A stretch of 64,000 nt of DNA from Pyrodictiaceae archaeon (GTDB lineage Archaea > Thermoproteota > Thermoprotei_A > Sulfolobales > Pyrodictiaceae): positions 740,880 through 804,879 of the forward strand of contig JALVSY010000007.1 in NCBI GenBank assembly GCA_027036135.1, written 5' to 3'. How positions within the stretch are numbered: the stretch's first letter is position 1; each line of letters opens with the position of its first letter. The position numbers and the translations under genes were made by a program. Below the pieces are notes generated by a model. That model saw only the letters and a program-made list of their open reading frames with translations. It made no database searches and was not told the origin of the DNA. This document shows positions 10,338 through 18,533 of the stretch, one piece after another.

Positions 10338-11189
10338 TTACTTTTCTTCGAGCATTTGCTCTAGTCTATCTAGTTCGCCTTTCTTCATGCCCCAGTACAT
10401 TCCCGCTGAGGGGAATGCTCCCTGCCTTACCTCGTTAGCGTAGCGTGTCACTGCTTCGCGTATCATCTTGGCTGTGTCTAGATACTTTTTGGCGAAGGGG
10501 GGCGGGCTTAGTGATAGCCCTATTAGGTCGTGGAGTACGAGGACTTGGCCGTCGCAATATGGGCCGCTTCCTATACATATCGTTGGTATGCTTAGTCTCT
10601 GTGTTATCTTTCTTGCTACCTCGTGGGCTGTGAACTCTATCACTATTGCGAAGGCTCCTGCCTCTTCTAGTGCCTCGGCGTCCTGGATTATCTTCTTGGC
10701 CTCCTCGGCTGTCTTGCCTGCCAGTCTGTAGCCTCCGAGGAGCTTGTGTTTCTGCGGGGTAAGGCCTATGTGCCCCATTACGGGGATGCCTGTCCTTGTT
10801 AGGGCCTTAACCACGTCGCTGTATTCTTGCCCGCCCTCTAGCTTTACCGCGTCCGCGCCCATGGCTAGCATTTTTCCCGCGTTGTGCACCGCCTCGTTTA
10901 TGCTCGCCTCGTAGCTCATGAACGGCATGTCTCCAACTACTAGTGCCCTGGGCTTCGCCCTAGCGACCGCTGCTACGTGTAGGAGCATCATATCCATTGT
11001 TACCTGGAGCGTTGACTCGAGGCCATGAACAACCATGCCCACGCTGTCGCCAACAAGTATAGCGTCGACCCCTGCCTCATCGACTATGCGCGCGGAGGGA
11101 TAATCATAGGCCGTGACCATTACTATTTTCTCGCCGCGCTGCTTTGCACGGACTATGTCTCGCACGGTGACCTTCTCCCGGCTAGCCAT
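10338..11189 (-). CDS. panB: 3-methyl-2-oxobutanoate hydroxymethyltransferase
   Basis: MVTAYDY, ILVGDSVG, GDMPFMSY, AVKLEGG, GHIGLTPQ, IGSGPYCDGQVLV. Confidence 0.96.
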   Translation of the reverse strand: MASREKVTVRDIVRAKQRGEKIVMVTAYDYPSARIVDEAGVDAILVGDSVGMVVHGLESTLQVTMDMMLLHVAAVARAKPRALVVGDMPFMSYEASINEAVHNAGKMLAMGADAVKLEGGQEYSDVVKALTRTGIPVMGHIGLTPQKHKLLGGYRLAGKTAEEAKKIIQDAEALEEAGAFAIVIEFTAHEVARKITQRLSIPTICIGSGPYCDGQVLVLHDLIGLSLSPPPFAKKYLDTAKMIREAVTRYANEVRQGAFPSAGMYWGMKKGELDRLEQMLEEK

Positions 11190-12097
11190 TTCTCGAGCAG
11201 CCTCACAGCCCGGTACGCAAACCAGTTAAGCGGGGCCGAGACCCCGTGTCTCCAGGCCTCTTCGGCGACGACTCCACTGATATAGTCTATCTCGGTCCGC
11301 TTACCCCTACTAATGTCCTGGATCATGGAGGAGCAGTTATCCCCAGTTACCCGGGCTACTCGCAGCGCCTCCTCAACAGGGTTCCTCGGCAGCTTAATGC
11401 CGTGGGCCTCGGCGACCCTGCCAACCTCCTCTGCCAAGGCCTCAGCTAGCTCCCTGGCAAAAGGATCCTCAACTACTACCCGGTTACGGCTCCACGCTAG
11501 CACTGTTACTGGGTTTATTGCTGCGTTTACCGCGAGTTTCAGCCAGCGCCACTCATCGAGACGCCCGCCGATGCAGTGGGTACTTAGCCCTCCCCGACTA
11601 AGAGCATCGGAGAGGAAGTGGCAGGCACGCCTAGCTTCCTCGTTAGCGCTTCTCCAGCCCAGCAGCACCTCGCCCCTATTGACGAGCCTTGAGCGGCAAT
11701 GCCCGAGCCTAGTGGAGCCAAACAACACTATTCCGCCAAGAGCCCTACCCGGGAACCTCGACTCTAGTAGCTCTAGGCTCCCTAGCCCATTCTGTAACGA
11801 GACAACCGAGCCAGGCCTCCACCCAGCACGTAGAGACTCCTCAACAGCTGCTCGTAGATCATAGGCCTTGGTAGCGTAGAGAACCAGCTCTGGGCTAATC
11901 CTATGTGCATCGCTCCACGTGTAGACGGGGATACTAGCCTCTCCTAGACCCTCGACAATAACCCTGCTAGCACTCTGGCCCCGAGTAACTACAGCCACGT
12001 CCACGCCTCCCCTGCTAAGCGCGACAGCAAGCACTGAGCCAACAGCGCCGCACCCAACAACCACTACACTGGCCAAGGCAGCTCCTTGCCCTCCCAT
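11153..12097 (-). CDS. panE: 2-dehydropantoate 2-reductase
   Basis: GCGAVG Rossmann motif, TKAYD, SLQNGLG, WLKLAVNAAINPVT, SSMIQD..RTEIDYISG; overlaps panB. Confidence 0.92.
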   Translation of the reverse strand: MGGQGAALASVVVVGCGAVGSVLAVALSRGGVDVAVVTRGQSASRVIVEGLGEASIPVYTWSDAHRISPELVLYATKAYDLRAAVEESLRAGWRPGSVVSLQNGLGSLELLESRFPGRALGGIVLFGSTRLGHCRSRLVNRGEVLLGWRSANEEARRACHFLSDALSRGGLSTHCIGGRLDEWRWLKLAVNAAINPVTVLAWSRNRVVVEDPFARELAEALAEEVGRVAEAHGIKLPRNPVEEALRVARVTGDNCSSMIQDISRGKRTEIDYISGVVAEEAWRHGVSAPLNWFAYRAVRLLEKWLAGRRSPCET

Positions 12098-12175
12098 GAG
12101 GACCGGAGTGTTCTCCCGGGAATATACCCGCCGGTATATAGCTACAGTTATATAACCACAGTTATACAGCAGGTT

Positions 12176-13498
12176 ATGCCATGGGGGCACCCGTTAGTGC
12201 AAAAAGTAGTTATCCATCGATGGGAGTGTAGCTACCTTGCCAAGCGCTCCCGGGAACAAGGCTGGGTACTGGTATACGGTAGGAGGAAGACAGGAAAGAC
12301 ATGGCTTCTAAGGAACTGCGTTGACTGGGGTCTCTACGTCACTGTTACGCGTAGCGGCGAGTGCATAGTAGAGGACCGGGCTGGTAGGAGGAATATTGGT
12401 CTCCGAGAATGCATATCCATGGCTACTCAGGGGCTGAGGAAGCAGGGGGAGAGCATCATTATTGACGAGTTTCAGCGTGTCCCGGAAAAGTACTGGGACT
12501 TGCTAGCAATTGCTGCCCACGAGGCTGAGAGAGGCCTCATACTATGCGGGTCTAGCCTAGGCATGGCACGCCGCGTATTCGACGAGAGAAGCCCCTTGCT
12601 AGGCTTCTTTGAGGCCTTCCGCGTAGACCTGGCAAGCATCGCGGATACCATCGCGTCACTCCACGGCCAGGGCCTCGGAACCCGCGAGGCAGTCCTATGG
12701 TCAATTATTGTCCGTGACCCCTGGGTGCTGCTGCATCTCAAGCCCCGGGGTGAGCCCTGGAAGCTACTAGCCGAGCGAGCAGCTGGCCTTGTCCCCGCGG
12801 CTAAGGGGCTTATCGGGGAGGTGTTTAGTGAGGAAGATAGGCAGCTAAGCAGGGTCTACGAGGCGGTTCTCCAGCTACTAGCTCAGGGCTATTGGCGGGC
12901 TGCCGACATAGCTGCCAAGCTCTACGAGGCAGGGTTCTCCACGTCTCCCCAGCCAGGGGTAGCAACCGGGGTTCTTCGCGTCCTTGAAGAGATGGGGCTT
13001 GTTGAGCGTGTTCCCTTGTGGAGGACTCGTAGAGCCCGCGTATATTATCGGCACCGATCCTCGTCGGTCTCGCTTCTCTACAGCGTAGCAGACTATGTGG
13101 AGGAGGTAGGGGAGACACCTAGCCCCGACGCGCTCTTGGCAAGGTATGGTGTGGAGCTGCAGTTCGGCCTCGGAGAGCTACTAGCTGAGCGCAAGGGTCT
13201 TCGCAGAGGCTACTCTATACCGCGGGGTGGACGCGACATAGACGTCGTCTTGCTCGATAGACGCGGCAGGCCTGAGTGGGGCTACGAGGTGGAAATGGGC
13301 CACCTGGATACCCGCGAAGCCGAGAACATAGCTGAGTGGATACGGTCCCTCGGAATACCACACGCAGGTATAATAGCCCTAGGCGGGATAAGGGGCGATA
13401 CAGGTAGGGTTGATGAGGCCCCTGACGCCAAGGCTATAGTGGAGGAGGCAGAGATGCTAAGCAATACACGGAGAAAAGAAATTGATACGGTGGAATAG
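12176..13498 (+). CDS. Archaeal ATPase with wHTH and C-terminal DUF234-like PD-(D/E)XK domain
   Basis: GRRKTGKT, IIIDEFQ, CGSS, SPLLG, DIDVV...YEVEM; start uncertain (12176 or 12197). Confidence 0.8.
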   Translation: MPWGHPLVQKVVIHRWECSYLAKRSREQGWVLVYGRRKTGKTWLLRNCVDWGLYVTVTRSGECIVEDRAGRRNIGLRECISMATQGLRKQGESIIIDEFQRVPEKYWDLLAIAAHEAERGLILCGSSLGMARRVFDERSPLLGFFEAFRVDLASIADTIASLHGQGLGTREAVLWSIIVRDPWVLLHLKPRGEPWKLLAERAAGLVPAAKGLIGEVFSEEDRQLSRVYEAVLQLLAQGYWRAADIAAKLYEAGFSTSPQPGVATGVLRVLEEMGLVERVPLWRTRRARVYYRHRSSSVSLLYSVADYVEEVGETPSPDALLARYGVELQFGLGELLAERKGLRRGYSIPRGGRDIDVVLLDRRGRPEWGYEVEMGHLDTREAENIAEWIRSLGIPHAGIIALGGIRGDTGRVDEAPDAKAIVEEAEMLSNTRRKEIDTVE

Positions 13499-13567
13499 CC
13501 TTAGCTAAGGCGCTGCTCCTGGCTACCCGGTTCCGAGGCCCTACGGAGATCGGAGGAGTCCCTGAGC

Positions 13568-14299
13568 TTGCCTATCGTGCGAATGGGTGGCTGGGTACTA
13601 GCCATAGAGGGGGATACAAACAGCTCTAATGACATTATTGCTACTCTTCGCCGCGTCTACGAGAGAGTTAGTGGAGAGGACCTCGTCGAGCTAATTATCC
13701 ACGAATCGCGAGAAGCAATGGAGACGTTTCTCAGACAAGAAGCAGAGAGGCTGGGCGTTGTTATTGATGCCTCGTTCCCCGTGGTTCATGAGGCTTGGAC
13801 CGGGGTTCCCCGGATACACGTAGTCCCCCAGGAGCTTAGACAACTAGGCGACGTGGGCAAGGCCTTTCTCGTACACGAGGCCTTTCACAGCATACTACAC
13901 GGCTCACTAGAGTATTATATCGTAACATTACCCGGCAGCGATGAAGCGAGCTGGCTAGCAGCCTACATAGCCGCCACGAGTATCAAGGACCTAGAAGTAC
14001 ACATGCACATGAAGAGATACGGGTTCAAGGAGGAGCTATTGCTCGAGAAGAACTACTGGGAGAAAACACTGGGAAACAAGTGGGGATGCAGCAGTCCCGA
14101 GGAGCTTGGAGATGTGCTGCGAGCAGCCACGATATGGATAGTCCTGGGAGAGAAGCCGCCGCTAAGCGAAGAGTGCTCCGGGAAAATAGAGCCCCTTATC
14201 AAGTTATACGAGGAACTAACGCGCCTAGATAAGAGGCCGTGGAATTACCTGGATAGAGCAATAAGCGAGACAATAGGCATTGTTAAGGCTCTTCGGTAG
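13568..14299 (+). CDS. Hypothetical protein with zincin-type HExxH motif
   Basis: LVHEAFHSILHG followed by SIKDLEVH; GGAGG upstream of TTG start. Confidence 0.6.
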   Translation: MPIVRMGGWVLAIEGDTNSSNDIIATLRRVYERVSGEDLVELIIHESREAMETFLRQEAERLGVVIDASFPVVHEAWTGVPRIHVVPQELRQLGDVGKAFLVHEAFHSILHGSLEYYIVTLPGSDEASWLAAYIAATSIKDLEVHMHMKRYGFKEELLLEKNYWEKTLGNKWGCSSPEELGDVLRAATIWIVLGEKPPLSEECSGKIEPLIKLYEELTRLDKRPWNYLDRAISETIGIVKALR

Positions 14300-14404
14300 A
14301 GCTGTCTCTGAGCCCAGCCGTGTCCCGGAGGGATGCATATGGAGGCCTAGTGCTCCTAGGTGACGAGGCATTTTTCATCCCTCAGGGACCTTGATACAGA
14401 GTTA

Positions 14405-15715
14405 ATGGTGTTGTCTCTCTTGGCTAGCGGAGAGCCCCTTGTTCTTTGTGGCCGGGTAGTTGATACGTCTAGTGGCGGTATTATCGAGGATGGCTGCGTC
14501 GTTGTAGAGGGCAGTGTTATACGTGATGTTGGTTCCCGTGGCTCTGTCGAGGTACCGGAAGAGGCTAGGGTTCTTGATCTCCGGGGTTATACTATCCTGC
14601 CTGGCCTAATAGATGCCCATGTACATGTTACCGGGCTTCGTAGCGGCGACTACGTGAGAGAGGCCCTCACAACCCCGGCTGGTGTTCTATGCGCACGCGG
14701 AGCAAGGGATTTAGAGAAAATGCTTGATGCTGGCTTCACCACTATTGTTGATGCTGGTGGTGTTATAGGTCTTCATCTCCGCGATGCTGTTGCTGAGGGC
14801 ACTGTTAGGGGGCCGCGCATAGTTGCTGCTGGGTACCCGTTGAGCCAGACCTTTGGCCATGGCGATGTACACTTTCTCCCCGTTGAGTACGTTGATGCAC
14901 GGACTACTAGGATTTTCCAGCCCTTCCTCTCACTGATATGTGATGGAGCTGACGAGTGCCGCAAGGCTGCTCGCTATGCTCTCCGGGAGGGAGCGGATTT
15001 TATCAAGATATTCGCTAGTGGTGGCGTTGCTTCCCAGCGCGATAGGCCAGAGTACCCTCAGTTCACCCTAGAGGAGATCAAGGCCATTGTTGAGGAGGCT
15101 AGGAGGGCTAGGAGGTTCGTACATGCACATGCAGAGGGTGCGGAGGGCATAATCAATGCTCTACGCGGGGGCGTGACGAGGATAGCCCACGCAATATTCA
15201 TAGATGATGAAGGCATTAGCCTAGCCCTGGAGAAGAACGCTGTCATAATCCCAACGCTTAGTGTCGTGAAGCTACTCGTGGAGCACGGCGAGAAAGCCGG
15301 GGTACCGAGCTGGGCCCTAGAGAAGGCACGGGAAGTCTACAAGATACACGTGGAGAACATTAGGCGTGCCTACCGGGCAGGTGTAAGGCTAGCGACTGGC
15401 ACCGACTTCTTCTTCGAGCCACTCGGGACAAAGTTCTACGGGCTCAATGCGTTAGAGATACACCTCCTCGTAACAGAGATAGGGCTAAGCCCCCTAGAAG
15501 CACTAATAGCTGCCACTAAGAACGCTGCCTACGTGGCCGGGCTAGAGGGCAAAGTAGGCGAGCTAAAGCCGGGATACCTAGCAGACATCATAGTCGTGAA
15601 AGGCAACCCTGACCAAGACACTAGGACACTACTCTGCCCAGACAACGTAGTACTTGTGATGAAGGAAGGCAAGATACTAAAAGACAGAGTCAATGGCCAA
15701 GATGCACATGCTTAG
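14405..15715 (+). CDS. Metal-dependent amidohydrolase (Xaa-Pro dipeptidase/imidazolonepropionase-like)
   Basis: PGLIDAHVH, GFTTIVDAG, GADFIKIFASGG, HAHAEG, IAHA, GTD, G..ADIIVV. Confidence 0.9.
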   Translation: MVLSLLASGEPLVLCGRVVDTSSGGIIEDGCVVVEGSVIRDVGSRGSVEVPEEARVLDLRGYTILPGLIDAHVHVTGLRSGDYVREALTTPAGVLCARGARDLEKMLDAGFTTIVDAGGVIGLHLRDAVAEGTVRGPRIVAAGYPLSQTFGHGDVHFLPVEYVDARTTRIFQPFLSLICDGADECRKAARYALREGADFIKIFASGGVASQRDRPEYPQFTLEEIKAIVEEARRARRFVHAHAEGAEGIINALRGGVTRIAHAIFIDDEGISLALEKNAVIIPTLSVVKLLVEHGEKAGVPSWALEKAREVYKIHVENIRRAYRAGVRLATGTDFFFEPLGTKFYGLNALEIHLLVTEIGLSPLEALIAATKNAAYVAGLEGKVGELKPGYLADIIVVKGNPDQDTRTLLCPDNVVLVMKEGKILKDRVNGQDAHA

Positions 15716-15852
15716 GCAATAGTAGAGTATTAGTTAAGGCACTAGTAGTTACTGCTCTCTCAGCTCCGATAGCTTGCGCACTGAGTCAGTTCCCAGGAAT
15801 ACTTTTACTTAGCTCTTCATATTCCACCTCTATAAGGAGGAAAAAGGGGGCC

Positions 15853-16336
15853 GTGGATTCTCTCGTAATTAGTCTGCCGCCTAGTACGGCTAAGAGGCTT
15901 CGTAGAGAGGCCGAGAGGAATGAAATGAGTGTTGAGGAGCACGTCTTGGAGCTTCTAGGGACTAGTCTAAATCCCCGCTAATAGAGCGAGGGAGTATATA
16001 GAGGGAGCAAGACAGCTCCTTGAGCAGGCTCGTGGGGAGCTGGGGAGGGGTGATGTTCGGCAGGCTGCTGAAAAGCTATGGGGCGCGGCAGCACTGGCTG
16101 TTAAGGCCTACGCGTCGTGGAGAGAAGGCAAAAGGCTGACAAGCCACCGAGAACTATGGGAGTATAGCAAGAAGCTGATAAACGAGCTAGGAGAATGGGT
16201 GTATGATGCATGGATGGCGGCCAATGGTATGCATACATGCTTCTACGAAAACTGGTGCAGCAGGGAGCATGTTGAGAGCGCTATTAAGCGTATAGAGAGG
16301 CTTGTCAACGAGATTACTCGCCGTATACTCGGCTAG
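15853..16336 (+). pseudogene. PaREP1-family (HEPN-like) gene with +1 frameshift
   Basis: GTG 15853 MDSLVISLPP...SLNP, then shifted frame ANRAREYIEGARQLLEQARGELGRGDVRQAAEKLWGAAALAVKA...SHRELW...MHTCFYE; extra C in run 15973-15976; missed by ORF track. Confidence 0.8.
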
Positions 16337-18306
16337 CTCCTTGACCCACGCCTCATTTCCACCAATAATCGATGAACAATGCTCTCCACAGCGTCTGCCT
16401 GGTTTGTTGCAGGGCACGCGTTTATGCAGAGCCGGCAAGCCCTACATTTCTCTGGGTTTATCCTTGGTAGGGGCTCTGTGAAGGCGTTGTAGGGGCAGCT
16501 TTCTTTGCAGAGGCCGCAGCCGAGACAGTAGGAGGCCATATAGAGCGCTGCCGCTGCTGCCCTCGCTGCCTTGGCTGCTCCGCGCCTATTCCTTACGCGC
16601 TCGGGGTTCCTTATCTCGATTCGGCCCGTTGTGCTTACTAGTATCTCTGCGTCACTGTCCTCGTCTAGTAGGAGTGTCTCGTTGCCCCAGGTCTCTAGTA
16701 TTCTTAGCCCGGTCGCCTTGGCGAGGCCCGGCAATAGGCTGGGCTCGATAGCGTCGTGAAGCGTTATCGTTGCTACGAGGCTCCGGCCTCGCCGAGAGTA
16801 CTCCAGGGCTGCCGATACGCCGCGGTTCAGCTTCTCTAGTAGCTTGTCGGGGTCTAGCCCAGCTCTCCTGGCCAGGAGCCTGGCCTAAGAAGGGTAGCTG
16901 AATCTCCACCTCCATAGCCCCAGCGTGATCCACTCGCTCGGCAAGTCTCGGCGACGAGCATAGCTCCTTAGAAAGCTTGTCCACTTCTCCCATAGATCTG
17001 GGTGGCGTTTCTTAACTATCTTGAACTCTGCTAGCCTGCTTACGGGGCACATGTAGCACCCTATGCGGTCAAACCCTTCCAGGTACAATGGGTGGAGCGG
17101 TAGTCTCCGGTAGTGTATGTAGAGGTAGACCTCTAGGCTACTCCACCTCTGAATAGGGAGGGCTACGTAGTGCCTACCACGGGCAGCTGTACCGCTCTCA
17201 GCTAGTCGGGGCGAGAGTGCTCTCTGGGTACTCTCTGCTCCCCGTTGCCCAGTTACGACGAGTATCCTCTTGTCCCTGGGGAACTCACTGAATACCCTCG
17301 GGAGGACGCTCATCTTGAGGTACTTCGTGCACCACCTATAGTCCCTGGCTGGGGGCCCGTAGAGCCTCGCTGCCCGCCAGAAGGCCTCTGAGCCAGGGGA
17401 TGCCTCGTGATGAGTAAACCCGAGAGCCCTAACTATCTTGTCTATGGTCTCGAGGCTCTCAGGGTGCTCGATACCAGTATCGATGCTATAGCTGTGCTCT
17501 ACCCCCGCTCTCATAGCAATGCTGGCCGCTACCGTGCTGTCCTTCCCGCCGCTGACAGCGCTAACAGCCCAGAAGCCATGAATCCTTATTGTCTCCTGGA
17601 GCCAGGTCGTTGCCTCCTCTTCTAGCTCCTCTAGCCATTCCCTGTTAACCTCGACGGCCTCGTCTAGGCTGAGGGGGCGGGGGTTATGCCTCCACTCTAT
17701 TCTACGGTTCCTCGCCCAGGCCTTAACCACACGTATTGCGCCGTCCTCGAGTACTCTTCCAACACCATAGCTTGGGCCACGCCCCACAAGTACGACGAAG
17801 TTTCCGGGGCCGGGCTTCTCGCCTCGGAGCCCCTCTCGGAGAACAGCGCCACTACGGAGCCGGGCCCTGGTCTCAACAACAGTCCCCAGCTCCTCGTTGG
17901 CGAGGATCTCTGCGCCGACACGGTCTGGGCGAAACCTCCACCTATCCTCTAGGGGCTCGTAGAAGAAGAGACCAACCGTGTGCCCATCGACGAGGACCTC
18001 GTATGCCGCATCGACGCCCTGGACGGGGTTAAACAATGCGAAACTGGATGGCGAGCCAAGGAGTCTCTTGGCAGCCTCTTTGCCGTGCTCGCGCTTGGCT
18101 GCTTCGTAGAGCTCTCTCCTCTCCTTGGGCCACGCTGGCCTAGCATCACCCGGTGGAGCCATCTTGACCTCAACAGTCCTTGAGCCACAGCGGGGACAGC
18201 GCTCCCTGCCAAGAACAGGGGCGCCGCAGACAGGGCACCAGCGCAACCTTGGCACGTATCTCCGGAAGATGCGTAGCGCTGCCTCCCCCTTTACCCGCTT
18301 AACCAC
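16333..18306 (-). pseudogene. PAPS-reductase-family protein (Zn ribbon-PUA-PP-loop-C-terminal 2x[4Fe-4S]) interrupted by in-frame TAG at 16885-16887
   Basis: CPVCG..CPRCG, SGGKDS, DTGIE, YRWC, GFDRIGCYMCP; after TAG the same frame continues ARLLARRAGLDPDKLL... to CLGCGLCKESCP / CRACRLCINACP. Confidence 0.8.
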
Positions 18307-18404
18307 ACTAACGTCTGCCCTCGCATAGCCAGGCTAGGCTATCTCGTCACTATCCTCTTATTTCCTCCTCGTTTGGGCTGTTAGCCCACAAGAGAACTCA
18401 TTAA

Positions 18405-18418
18405 TTAACACGTGTTAA
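18405..18418. promoter_or_regulatory. Palindrome TTAACACGTGTTAA upstream of octaheme cytochrome gene
   Basis: Perfect 14-bp palindrome; same TTAAC-N4-GTTAA core at 34024-34037. Confidence 0.45.
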
Positions 18419-18533
18419 AGCTATGGTCTGCTCCGAAAAGTTAAGGTTGCAACGCTAAAACCAATGCCCCGCATTATAACATAGACTACCCGGACAACAA
18501 GGTAACGATGCACTATAAGAGGGAGGACAAGCC

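Noticed and set aside
16885-16887. Genome-wide TAG reassignment (pyrrolysine)
   Set aside because: Many intact genes here end at TAG followed by non-coding DNA, and no pyl genes are in the window
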